A DNA stretch of 64,000 nt from an uncultured Candidatus Peribacteria bacterium. GTDB lineage: Bacteria; Patescibacteriota; Gracilibacteria; UBA1369; UBA12473. The stretch is from the NCBI GenBank assembly GCA_964473745.1, contig CAYYQE010000008.1:73-64072 (forward strand), given 5' to 3'. The stretch's first letter is position 1, and each line of letters begins with the position of its first letter. The position numbers were made by a program, and so were the translations under genes. Below the pieces are notes generated by a model. That model saw nothing but the letters and a program-made list of their open reading frames with translations, was not told the origin of the DNA and did no database searches. Shown here one piece after another: positions 1 to 9,327 of this stretch.

Positions 1-167
1 TTTGCCGCTGCCAAAGCCACATCCTCTGTCACAGTCAAAAAAGCATTCAAATCTCCATTCACTTCCTTAACCCGATCCAAACACGCTTTTGCCAATTCCG
101 CGGCTGAAAACTTTTTTGCCTTGAGCCCTGCGTGAGCCTCTTTGATTGTTTGTGTTGCAAAAGACAT
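1..167 (-). CDS. gatA: Glu/Asp-tRNA amidotransferase subunit A, N-terminal fragment (continues off window)
   Basis: My translation of the minus strand from the ATG at 165-167 gives MSFATQTIKEAHAGLKAKKFSAAELAKACLDRVKEVNGDLNAFLTVTEDVALAAA, a typical GatA N-terminus. It starts 2 nt after the gatC stop and is open to the window edge. Confidence 0.75.
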   Translation of the reverse strand, partial: MSFATQTIKEAHAGLKAKKFSAAELAKACLDRVKEVNGDLNAFLTVTEDVALAAA

Positions 168-169
168 AT

Positions 170-457
170 TTATAAAACAGGTTTAACTTTAATTTGATCT
201 TTCTCTACCGGAAGTTCAGTACATGCCAACAAAGCCGCAGGATCATCACCTTTCTTTACTTCATCCTCTCGATAAACATTAGTAAGTCCGGTCACCTGCG
301 AAGTTGGTTCAACATCATCGGTATCCACTTCATTTAAACATTCCATATACTCAAAAACAGCCGAAAGCTGCTTGGAAAACACCTCTACCTCATCTTCGTC
401 AAGAGAAAGACGAGCTAGCTTTGCTACATGTCGAACCTGATCTTTCGTTATTTTCAT
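170..457 (-). CDS. gatC: Glu/Asp-tRNA amidotransferase subunit C
   Basis: A 95-aa ORF. The stretch MKITKDQVRHVAKLARLSLDEDEVEVFSKQLSAVFEYMECLNEVDTDDVEPTSQV is the canonical GatC pattern, and gatA follows. Confidence 0.9.
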   Translation of the reverse strand: MKITKDQVRHVAKLARLSLDEDEVEVFSKQLSAVFEYMECLNEVDTDDVEPTSQVTGLTNVYREDEVKKGDDPAALLACTELPVEKDQIKVKPVL

Positions 458-516
458 GCTTAATTACCAAAAAATGACTTTTTGAGTCTACCTTAAAAGC
501 GTGTAGAATTAAACCC

Positions 517-810
517 ATGAATACCGTTGCCAATGTAAAAAAAATCGCTCTTTTGTTTTTCATCCTCTTTACTGGGGCTCACATTCTGTCCACGCTCATG
601 TTGGCGAACGGTTATTTTAGTGATACGATGCGCATCCTTAATGGGACCTTAGATATTCCGGCAATTCTTTCTGGACTCCTGTATGCCTTTACCAGTCTTA
701 AACTCTATTTAGAAGATATGGGAAAGCACACAAAAATGCTTGATATAGCCGCTGGAATATTAGGAGGCCTAATCCTCATCGCTCTACTTTACGTTAATTT
801 TCTTCTCTAA
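517..810 (+). CDS. Small integral membrane protein, unknown function
   Basis: A 97-aa ORF with about 3 hydrophobic helices. Its stop abuts the next gene start (TAA ATG). Confidence 0.5.
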   Translation: MNTVANVKKIALLFFILFTGAHILSTLMLANGYFSDTMRILNGTLDIPAILSGLLYAFTSLKLYLEDMGKHTKMLDIAAGILGGLILIALLYVNFLL

Positions 811-1257
811 ATGAAAAAAAAAGTCATCGCCTTCGGCACCTTTGACCACCTTCATGCCGGACACGAAAATTATTTAAAAGAAGCTGCAAAACTTGGCGAA
901 CAATTAATCGTCGTGATTGCGCGTGATCGAACAGCCAATAGCATTCGCGGCAAATACCCAGATCACAAAGAAAAAATCCGTTTGGCCACTATCAAAGCGC
1001 TTCCTTATGTCACAAAAGCAGTTCTCGGCGACCTTGAAGATAAATACAAAGTTCTTAAAAAGCACAAACCAAGTGTAATTGTTCTTGGTTATGATCAATT
1101 TGTTTTTACCCAACAACTTTCCAAAGTTCTAATTGAACTCAAATTAGATTCCCAAATTGTGCGTTTAAAACCGTACAAACCAGAAATGTATAAAAGCTCC
1201 CTTATCCGCCGAACCTCCCTTAAATGTCCTTCTCCCTCTCTTTCCAGCGCAGCCTAA
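811..1257 (+). CDS. Cytidylyltransferase-fold nucleotidyltransferase (FMN adenylyltransferase / archaeal-type PPAT-like)
   Basis: FGTFDHLHAGH matches the (H/T)xGH nucleotidyltransferase motif, and the size is about 140 aa. The exact substrate is not determinable from sequence. Confidence 0.6.
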   Translation: MKKKVIAFGTFDHLHAGHENYLKEAAKLGEQLIVVIARDRTANSIRGKYPDHKEKIRLATIKALPYVTKAVLGDLEDKYKVLKKHKPSVIVLGYDQFVFTQQLSKVLIELKLDSQIVRLKPYKPEMYKSSLIRRTSLKCPSPSLSSAA

Positions 1258-2132
1258 AAATGGCTATTGATAGTCTGTGGCGCAACAAACTACTTACCGT
1301 AGCAACGATTGCGGTTATGGGACTAATTTTATTCATTTTCAATGTGATTTTTATGGTGAATGTTTTGGCTAATCAAGCCATCGACAGCCTAGAATCAAAA
1401 GTGGATATGATTTTTTATTTAGAAGATGACGCCGACTCCCTAGTCGTAAATCAACTCGTCCAAGAACTAGCCAGTCTTCCCGAAATAGAAACTGCTACCT
1501 ACATAACCAAAGAAGCCGCCCTTCAAACCTTACTCGAAAAATACGAAGAATCTGGTGAGTCTGACCCTTTTTCAACTTATGGAATTGCAAATCCTCTTCC
1601 GGCCAGCATTCATATCACAACTTTTCAGGCCGAGGACCAAGAAACAATCATGAATTATTTATTACAAACCCATTACGACACAATTTTAATGGATATTGAA
1701 AGCAATGAAGAAAACCGCCAAATTGTGCAAAATCTGATTCAAGTCACCACTTTTACGCGCAAATTACTTCTTGGGATTATTGTGACGTTTTTGCTGGGAA
1801 GCACCATGATTATTGCCAACGCTATTCACATCACTATTTTTAATCGTAAAAAAGAAATCAACATTATGCATTTAGTCGGAGCAACGCCTAATTTCATTCG
1901 TTCACCTTTTTTAATTGAAGGTGCTATTTACGGATTATGTTCGGCTCTCATCGGCGTACTACTTCTTATGGCCTTTTCAACAACGCTCGATCTCAGTAAT
2001 TTCACCTATCTCACTCTCAATATTCATTATTTATCGCTTTTCATTACACAGGCTTTTTTAAGTATGCTGCTGGGAATGATTAGCAGTAGTTTAGCTACCC
2101 GTTTTTATTTAAAACATCACGCTCGCGTATGA
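1224..2132 (+). CDS. ftsX: Cell-division ABC permease-like protein FtsX
   Basis: The N-terminus (SLKMAIDSLWRNKLLTVATIAVM) is followed by a periplasmic loop and 3 C-terminal TM helices, which is FtsX topology. The start is uncertain (1224 or the ATG at 1260). No ftsE is adjacent. Confidence 0.75.
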   Translation: MSFSLSFQRSLKMAIDSLWRNKLLTVATIAVMGLILFIFNVIFMVNVLANQAIDSLESKVDMIFYLEDDADSLVVNQLVQELASLPEIETATYITKEAALQTLLEKYEESGESDPFSTYGIANPLPASIHITTFQAEDQETIMNYLLQTHYDTILMDIESNEENRQIVQNLIQVTTFTRKLLLGIIVTFLLGSTMIIANAIHITIFNRKKEINIMHLVGATPNFIRSPFLIEGAIYGLCSALIGVLLLMAFSTTLDLSNFTYLTLNIHYLSLFITQAFLSMLLGMISSSLATRFYLKHHARV

Positions 2133-2881
2133 ATCCGCGTTCTTTTACAGTAAACGGCATCGTCCTACGGATGACTGATTTAGGAGAATCTGATCGTTTT
2201 GTGACGGTTCTTACCCCAGATCGTGGCAAGCTAACTTGTATTGGAAAAAATCTCCGCACCTTAAAAAGTCGCCGCAACACCCAACTAGAACTTTTTAGCA
2301 AAGTAAAAATCCAATTTTGGAAAAGTCGAAAAAACTACTACCTTCAAGATTGCAAATTAGAAGAAAGACACCCTGAACTCAAAAAAAACTTAGCTAGCCT
2401 TTCATCGGTCTCTTTTATTGCCGAAGCCACCGAACGATTAACCGTCGATGAAAATCACATTCCTGGACTTTATGAACTACTAAATGAAACTCTTTCTCTC
2501 ATTGAATTCTATCCCAAAAAACACGAAGTTTTGCGAGAGGCCTACATCATCAAATTACTAGGATCAATCGGGACTATTAGCAGTTTCCGAACCTGTTCGG
2601 AATGCCGTGAAAACCTCCCTAAACAAGCTGCCTTTTTAGACGAAAACCATTCCACTATTCACTGCCCCACCTGTGCCAAAAAAAAATCTACCTACTTACA
2701 AGAAATCCCTTTAGAAACGCTTAAACTAATGCATTTTATTCTGGTTCACCAAATCACTGCTGTCCTTAAGTTAAAAATGGACAAAAAACACATTCGCACC
2801 ATCGATAAATTCGGCCGCACTTTTTTACGTCACGATCTGCATTGGCCTCTTAAATCAGAAGCATTTTTAAATACTTATTAA
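2129..2881 (+). CDS. recO: DNA repair protein RecO
   Basis: The N-terminal OB-fold pattern (GIVLRMTDLGESDRFVTVLTPDRGKL) and the CxxC...CxxC zinc motif (CSECRE...CPTCAKK) both fit RecO. Confidence 0.8.
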   Translation: MNPRSFTVNGIVLRMTDLGESDRFVTVLTPDRGKLTCIGKNLRTLKSRRNTQLELFSKVKIQFWKSRKNYYLQDCKLEERHPELKKNLASLSSVSFIAEATERLTVDENHIPGLYELLNETLSLIEFYPKKHEVLREAYIIKLLGSIGTISSFRTCSECRENLPKQAAFLDENHSTIHCPTCAKKKSTYLQEIPLETLKLMHFILVHQITAVLKLKMDKKHIRTIDKFGRTFLRHDLHWPLKSEAFLNTY

Positions 2882-4855
2882 TCAATTTGTAGATTGGTGC
2901 GGTCGCACAAAAATCGTCTCTTGAGAGTTAATAATAATTCCTCCTAGTTCTTCATTAAAATAAATTAAAAACAATTCTCCAACCTCGTCCAATCCATAAG
3001 AAATTCTATCACCATCAATAGGTTGATGCGCTCCCGGTCTATGCTTCAAAAAAGCTCTTAAACGATCAACATAATAATTTTTATCCCAATAAAAATCTTC
3101 GGGGATACTTAGCTCACTATCCAACAAAGTTTCTACATTCCCCTCGTGGCCTTCCACATTATAAGAACACATCACATAGCGATCCATAAATTTTTCTACC
3201 ACAAACTCCTGGCACTCTCGATTACGACAATATACTAAACGCAATTCATCACCCACTCGTCTTAAATCAGCTTGATCAGTAGGAATCGGATGATTCGGAG
3301 TTAAACCGATATTTGATAAATGCTCCAAATAAGGCTGAAGATAATTATCAGCCATTTTAAAATAAGGGTCATTTGTTAGGAAAAAACTGTTTCCGCTTTG
3401 GCCATTTATGTGCAACAAAAAATCACGCGCATCCATCCGGCTAGAAGGAGGACGGTTCAACTGCCCATAATCTGGATAAGTCGCTGGCAAACGAACTCTA
3501 TAAAAATCCATTTCCTCCAAAGGCGGATAATCAGTTCGCCCCTCACGCCAGTTCAAAATTTCACTATAATGAGTTTGTAAACGTCTCTGATAACGACCCT
3601 CGCTATTATCTGCCCCATAAAGTTCAATAAACTCCGCCTGATTCCAACGAGTCTCGTGAGGCAAACTTTCCCGTATCGTCCCAATAACTGCTGCCGGACC
3701 ATAATCAATTCTAATTCTCCCAGAAGATTTCCCGGTTCGTGAATTAAAAAACACTACATAAGGACCCCGGTCATCTTGTCCTAATCCAACACCATCATTC
3801 AATTGAAGAGTGGTTTCATCAAGATCAAGAGTCCCCAAATAATTAACTAAACGCCGAGAATAAGGAATAGGATTTCGCAATAAATTCAATTGACCATTTA
3901 ATTCAATAACCGCGTTTTCAATCGTTTGATGGGGGCCTGCTACTTGCTCTAATCTTATAAACTTAAAACTAGTGTCTTGATTAAAAGTTTCTATATTATT
4001 CAATTGCACCTCATCCGGAGCAAAGGTCGCATCAGCACACGCCCCGGCATCACATCTTTCAATCGCTTTTTCCACTAAATAAGCTAAAAACAATCGACAA
4101 GCATTTAGAGGGTGGTAAGTTTGTCCTTCAGACATCTGTAGATTTTTACGGGCTCGCAACCCAGGCCCATCTTGACCCTCACCGTTTTGTTCCATTAACA
4201 CATGAAAACAAGATAAAGAAAACGCATTATACCTAGATTCATACTTATGCAAAGAAGCCGAACCAATTGGACTATCTGTTTCTGCCTTGGCCACTGCCAC
4301 CATCATTGCAAGAAGTCGCGCTTCTCCCACTTCACCAATAATATAATCCACATAAGGCCCATAAAATTCTGCATTTCTCATCATTTCCAAAGCCGACAAA
4401 GCATGATGCTCTACAAATTCATACTGATCAATCCGCCTGATATCTAAACACAACGGAATTGGGATTAACTCGCCAGCATTAAACCTAGCACTATTAGGAA
4501 TATTTAAAGACCTTCCTCGAGGAAAATCCAAATAATCATATTCTAATAAATAACCAAATCGATCTGGATCAGCGTTAGCTATTGTCGTCAAATTGGTATG
4601 AACCGTTGCATACGTGTCCCCAGCTTGAGCCACATAAAAATAAGCACCATCATTTTGTTCTTGAACCTCTATTGCCCCATAATTTAGTACATCTGGTTGC
4701 ACAAAATCCCCATCTGGAGAAGGAGTCAAATGAGTAAGACCAGCCGCCATCTGAGGAAGGGCTGGGTTTGGAGTCGGCATAGCGCTCGGATCCCAAGTAG
4801 GCCGTTCCTGAAAAACCAAACGTGCAGGCCTAAAAAATGAATCTCTATTTTTCAT
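2882..4855 (-). CDS. Hypothetical 657-aa protein (orphan)
   Basis: A long uninterrupted ORF with host-like composition. There is a possible LysM-like stretch (YFYVAQAGDTYATV) and no other motif I recognise. Confidence 0.55.
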   Translation of the reverse strand: MKNRDSFFRPARLVFQERPTWDPSAMPTPNPALPQMAAGLTHLTPSPDGDFVQPDVLNYGAIEVQEQNDGAYFYVAQAGDTYATVHTNLTTIANADPDRFGYLLEYDYLDFPRGRSLNIPNSARFNAGELIPIPLCLDIRRIDQYEFVEHHALSALEMMRNAEFYGPYVDYIIGEVGEARLLAMMVAVAKAETDSPIGSASLHKYESRYNAFSLSCFHVLMEQNGEGQDGPGLRARKNLQMSEGQTYHPLNACRLFLAYLVEKAIERCDAGACADATFAPDEVQLNNIETFNQDTSFKFIRLEQVAGPHQTIENAVIELNGQLNLLRNPIPYSRRLVNYLGTLDLDETTLQLNDGVGLGQDDRGPYVVFFNSRTGKSSGRIRIDYGPAAVIGTIRESLPHETRWNQAEFIELYGADNSEGRYQRRLQTHYSEILNWREGRTDYPPLEEMDFYRVRLPATYPDYGQLNRPPSSRMDARDFLLHINGQSGNSFFLTNDPYFKMADNYLQPYLEHLSNIGLTPNHPIPTDQADLRRVGDELRLVYCRNRECQEFVVEKFMDRYVMCSYNVEGHEGNVETLLDSELSIPEDFYWDKNYYVDRLRAFLKHRPGAHQPIDGDRISYGLDEVGELFLIYFNEELGGIIINSQETIFVRPHQSTN

Positions 4856-4919
4856 TATATTTTTGTTTTACACTCCTACTATTATACCATTTTAAACCCC
4901 TTTTGGCTAGATGTCCTAC

Positions 4920-7352
4920 CTACTCTTTCCTAACCGAATGAACACCTTCCAATTTTTCTAATTTCCCAATAAGTTCTGCCATTTTTTCATAACAAGACAT
5001 TGAAACAATCAAACAACGCTTAATTCGCCCTTTTTTCTTCTCAATTAAAGGAAAATCAATCACATATTTATTCATATCCGCAACAACCCCCAAAACATCG
5101 CGCAAAAGCCCCACCCGATCCTCTGCTTCAATAAGAATTTTGATTGAATACTGTTTTTTGCCGTCTTCCGACGCCCAGGTAGCTTCCAAAAGTCGTCCGT
5201 TATTAACTTTTTTAAGTTGGGCACAATTAGGCTTATGAACACGGACATTATTTCCTCGAGTCACGTATCCCACAATCAAATCTGGGAACCGTGGTTTACA
5301 GCACGCTGCCAAAGTAACTGGCAAATCACTTTCCCCGGTGATCAACACCTTTTCCCCTAATTCTTCCTCTATATCATTCGGCGCTGGTGTCAGATCATTT
5401 CTTCGCTCCGGTGATTCGGTCATCAATTCACGCTCCGAAAACAAATTCCGAATCAGTGTCCCCACATGCATCGAGCCATTTCCAATCAATTCAATAATAT
5501 TTTCACGATCTGAAAAAGGTAAATTCTTTCCTCCATAATGCTTCAAAAGTCCACAATTCGGACCTAAAAGCGGCTTACTTAAACGCCGAAGCTCTTTATT
5601 GATAAGTTCCCGCCCGGTTTTTATATTTTTCTCCCGATCTTGCGTTCTAAACCAAGCTTTGATCCTTGTTCTAGCCTGAGCTGTTTTCACAAAAGACAAC
5701 CAATAACGATTAGGATTAGGATTTTTGCGAGTAATAATCTCCACTACATCCCCACTTTGCAAAGGCTGATCCAATCGAGCAATACTCCCATTCACTTTTG
5801 CTTGATGGCAACGATCACCAACATCACTATGAATCGCATACGCAAAATCCACGGCAGTTGCGTCTTTAGGCAAATCTTTAACATCACCATGCGGAGTAAG
5901 TACAAAAATTCGATCATGAAAAACATTCACATTCATGCGATCAATTTCTATTCCCTCATCTGGGGTTTCCATTAATTCTTCCTGCAATTTTTCTAATCCA
6001 TATAACCAATCCACGTGATGTTTAAACATTTTGAGCTCTTCATTTTTTGCAGGATTCGTTAGCACTCCTTGCAAATCACTCATTTCTTTTTTAGAAAAAC
6101 CTCCTTTTTTTGCAAGAAACTGTTCTAGATTTTCACTAAAATCACTTTTTTCAAAAAGCAGTTTTTCGAACTGTGGACGCCAATCAGGATGTTGATCCAA
6201 AAGAGTATGAAAACGCTTTAAAAGACGTCGTTCATACAAAATATTCTGAAGGTCATGGCGTGAAAAACTCAAAGACTCTGGGATATTGTCCTTATACCAC
6301 CAGTGTGAAGCAATCCCATATTCAGCCTCTCGATGCATGGATCTTGTCCTAATTTGCAATTCAACGGGGTGATTTTTTAACACTGTTTTACCAATAATTG
6401 TGGTGTGCAAACTGCGATAACCATTGATTTTCGGAACCGCAATGTAGTCTTTAAATCGACCATACATAGGAGTCCAAGTACTATGAATCGCTCCTAAAAC
6501 TGTATAACAATGTCCAAAAAATTCACGTCCCTCACGTTGTTGCTCCGGAAGAACCACTCGCAGCGCAAAAAGATCGTAAATATTATCAATTGAATTAGCA
6601 TTTTTTCGCTTAAGTTTTTGATAAATACTATAAAGATGCTTAACCCGACCACTCACTTCTCCCTCAATATCTTCCTCTTTCAAAAAAGCTTTCAAAATTT
6701 CTTGCGCCTTTTCTATATATTTAGGGTCTAAACGCCCATGTTCCTCGACCTGAGCCCGCAATTCTTCATATTCTTTGGGATGCAGATATTTAAAACAAAG
6801 ATCTTCAAGTGGGCCCTTCATCGCGTAAATACCTAATCGAGAAGCAATTGGCGCATAAACATACAAAGTCTCTTCTGCAATCCGTTGCTGCTTATCCTTA
6901 GCCACATATTCCAAAGTCTGCATATTATGAAGCCGATCCGCTAGTTTAATAAAAATCACCCGCAAATCCTTTGCCATAGCCAAAAACATTTTCCGCCAAC
7001 TTTCCACCTCAGCCTGACCCTGCTGCACCCGAACTAAACTCAGTTTCCCAACTCCCTGCACCAAACCAGCTACATCTTTGCCAAACTGTTTTTCGATTTG
7101 ACCCAAAGTATAGTGGGTATCCTCCGGGACATCATGTAAAAGAGCCGCCAAAATCGTGTCCTCATCTGGCTTTAAAGGAAGCAGTAATTCAGTGGTTGCT
7201 AAAAGATGCGTGATGTAAGGATCACCCGAATATCGAACTTGCCCTTCATGCGCTTTTTTTGCCAAAAAATAAGCCTCTTCCACTCTTTTTGAATCGAGCT
7301 TCGGGAGATACTCTTTCACTGCCTTTATGATCGATTGAACATTGTCCCCCAT
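4920..7352 (-). CDS. Bifunctional (p)ppGpp synthetase/hydrolase, RelA/SpoT homolog
   Basis: An HD hydrolase domain (HLLATTELL...LHDVPEDT), a synthetase domain (YRSLHTTI, ELQIRT), a TGS domain and a C-terminal ACT-like domain are present. The ORF is open to 7394, but MGDNVQSIIKAVKEY (ATG at 7352) is the likely start. Confidence 0.9.
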   Translation of the reverse strand: MGDNVQSIIKAVKEYLPKLDSKRVEEAYFLAKKAHEGQVRYSGDPYITHLLATTELLLPLKPDEDTILAALLHDVPEDTHYTLGQIEKQFGKDVAGLVQGVGKLSLVRVQQGQAEVESWRKMFLAMAKDLRVIFIKLADRLHNMQTLEYVAKDKQQRIAEETLYVYAPIASRLGIYAMKGPLEDLCFKYLHPKEYEELRAQVEEHGRLDPKYIEKAQEILKAFLKEEDIEGEVSGRVKHLYSIYQKLKRKNANSIDNIYDLFALRVVLPEQQREGREFFGHCYTVLGAIHSTWTPMYGRFKDYIAVPKINGYRSLHTTIIGKTVLKNHPVELQIRTRSMHREAEYGIASHWWYKDNIPESLSFSRHDLQNILYERRLLKRFHTLLDQHPDWRPQFEKLLFEKSDFSENLEQFLAKKGGFSKKEMSDLQGVLTNPAKNEELKMFKHHVDWLYGLEKLQEELMETPDEGIEIDRMNVNVFHDRIFVLTPHGDVKDLPKDATAVDFAYAIHSDVGDRCHQAKVNGSIARLDQPLQSGDVVEIITRKNPNPNRYWLSFVKTAQARTRIKAWFRTQDREKNIKTGRELINKELRRLSKPLLGPNCGLLKHYGGKNLPFSDRENIIELIGNGSMHVGTLIRNLFSERELMTESPERRNDLTPAPNDIEEELGEKVLITGESDLPVTLAACCKPRFPDLIVGYVTRGNNVRVHKPNCAQLKKVNNGRLLEATWASEDGKKQYSIKILIEAEDRVGLLRDVLGVVADMNKYVIDFPLIEKKKGRIKRCLIVSMSCYEKMAELIGKLEKLEGVHSVRKE

Positions 7353-7431
7353 ACCTGTTATTGTCAAACAAATCCAGGAGATATATTTTAACATGAAAAA
7401 GCCCTAAAAACCAATAAAAGCCGTTAAACTC

Positions 7432-9288
7432 TTATTCTTCTAGTTCGAACTCAGTTAATATAAGATCCAAATCAGATCCCTCGACATCTACCACTTGAAC
7501 ATCCGCAATCAGTGCTTCCCGATTCAACTCAAAATCTTTGATGCGCTTAAACATACTAATCAAATATGATTCATAAGTAGTTTGCACATTTTCGAAAACA
7601 TAAAAGCGAGCCTTAAGATCCACTTCCACTTGTTTAAGTTCAATAAATAAAAGCAGTTGCTCCTCGGCACTCATGGCATCAAATTCCTTTAAATTAAGAA
7701 AAACTAACGCTTCAGACGAATCTTTAGAAATTTCGTTTTCATCAAACTGAGCTGACATTTCAACCTGTAATTCTTCAATTTCATCATAATGATCAACTCC
7801 TAAATTATAGTAATCCTTAAGCTCTTGAATGTGCTCATCCAAGGTTTCAGCTCGATTAGTAGAAGCGTCCAAAAGTGTGTCCACATCTACAAAATAAAGA
7901 TTATAAAGACTTTCCAAATCCGCCACAAAAGTTTGAAGCCTAGAGGAATAATCAATCATATCTTCTTCGGTACCAATCAAAACACTAGAATCAACGCCGG
8001 TATCACCTTCTAAATCCATTTCTGGATTTCCTAGCAAAAGCCCGATGTAAATCGAAGGATCCACCCAAACTTGATCACTAGAATCAGCGGTCGTAGGGGT
8101 AACCTCATCAGGAGTTGCATCCGGGATTTCATCCACCGTATCATCTGACTCTACCACCTCAATCGGATCAGAATCCTCTCCGTCAAAAATCGAAAAATCA
8201 CCATTAATCAATTTTGGTGCTAAGAAAAATCCAGCCAAAATAATCGCTCCAATTAAAACTAGCACTCCGCAACAAAACTTAAGATGACGCGTAGTAAGAT
8301 TGGCTTCATGCAGTAATTGCTCCACCCGCTCGGTGAACGAGCCACTTATCGCCATTTCTTCCAAAGAACCTTCCTCTTTCGCTTCTGAAGACTCCACTAC
8401 TTCGCCTTCAACTATTTCGGGAGCTTCTGGTTCTTCTACTTCTTTTGGTTCGGGAGCTGATTCAGAAACCGGTTCGGGAGATTTTGGAGGCTCTGGAGAT
8501 TCTGGTTCTGATTTAGGGGCTATTGGTTCAGGGATCGGAGGCTCGGGCGACGCAGCTGGTTTAGCACTAGATTCGTCGGGTCCACCAAAGGGACTTTCAT
8601 AATTCCCAAAATCATCACTAGTTTTCGAAGTAGATTCCGGAGCCAAATCAAATGGCGAGGGTTCTGCGGTCACCGGCTTGGGGGCTATTGGATCTGGGGT
8701 TACTGGGTCTGGGGTAACTGGGTCTGGCGTTGGTTGTGGTGGCTCAGGCGTTGGTTGTGGTGGCTCAGGCGTTGGTTGTGGCGGTTCAGGCTTTGGTTGT
8801 GGCGATTCAGGCTGAGGACTCAAATCAAAAGGGCTAGGCGCCGCAGGCTCGGGCTTTGGAGGTTCAGGCTTTGGAGGCTCAGGCTTTGGAGGTTCAGACT
8901 TTGGAGATTCAGGCTTTGGAGGTTCAGGAGTCGGTTGCCCACCAGTTCCCGAATTATCAAAAGAAGCTGCCAAATCAAAAGGTGATGGTTCGGACGCTCC
9001 TGATGGAACAGGTGAATCACTTACCAATGAATCATCTGGCAACGGCTCGGGAGCCGGCTTATCCAAATCCTCTGCTGCTTTATCATTTGCCAAGGCTAAA
9101 TCTGGAACTGTTAAATCCGGTTTTGCATTTTTATTAACCGTTTTTGGACGACGACGCGGTCGACGACGACGTTTTTTAGGAGGTACAACCGTACTATCCT
9201 TCGGCAGAGTCGAATCTTTTTTTGAAGAAGTATCTACACTTTGCTCATTTTTTTGAGCATCGTCCTTTTTGATATTGTTGTCTGGCAT
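7432..9288 (-). CDS. Proline-rich low-complexity single-pass membrane protein
   Basis: A 618-aa ORF with a basic N-terminus (KKRRRRPRRRPK), PEPPKPE / PEPPQPT / DPVTP repeats, one TM helix (CCGVLVLIGAIILAGFFLAP) and an acidic C-terminal domain. Confidence 0.7.
   Translation of the reverse strand: MPDNNIKKDDAQKNEQSVDTSSKKDSTLPKDSTVVPPKKRRRRPRRRPKTVNKNAKPDLTVPDLALANDKAAEDLDKPAPEPLPDDSLVSDSPVPSGASEPSPFDLAASFDNSGTGGQPTPEPPKPESPKSEPPKPEPPKPEPPKPEPAAPSPFDLSPQPESPQPKPEPPQPTPEPPQPTPEPPQPTPDPVTPDPVTPDPIAPKPVTAEPSPFDLAPESTSKTSDDFGNYESPFGGPDESSAKPAASPEPPIPEPIAPKSEPESPEPPKSPEPVSESAPEPKEVEEPEAPEIVEGEVVESSEAKEEGSLEEMAISGSFTERVEQLLHEANLTTRHLKFCCGVLVLIGAIILAGFFLAPKLINGDFSIFDGEDSDPIEVVESDDTVDEIPDATPDEVTPTTADSSDQVWVDPSIYIGLLLGNPEMDLEGDTGVDSSVLIGTEEDMIDYSSRLQTFVADLESLYNLYFVDVDTLLDASTNRAETLDEHIQELKDYYNLGVDHYDEIEELQVEMSAQFDENEISKDSSEALVFLNLKEFDAMSAEEQLLLFIELKQVEVDLKARFYVFENVQTTYESYLISMFKRIKDFELNREALIADVQVVDVEGSDLDLILTEFELEE
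8681..8926. repeat. In-frame tandem repeats inside the Pro-rich gene
   Basis: There are 3 units of 15 nt (8681..8725, ggggttactgggtct-like). There are 4 units of 21 nt (8726..8809, ggcgttggttgtggtggctca). There are 5 units of 15 nt (8852..8926, ggctttggaggttca). Confidence 0.85.
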
Positions 9289-9327
9289 AGAAAAATGCTA
9301 ATTCTATCCTTAAATTATACCAAATTT

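Noticed and set aside
8300-9137. Alternative-frame ORFs inside the proline-rich gene (8300..8602 +, 8734..8985 +, 8820..9020 -, 8856..9137 +).
   Set aside because: They are repeat-driven open frames with WLRR/LQSL-type periodic translations, nested entirely in the long 618-aa ORF.
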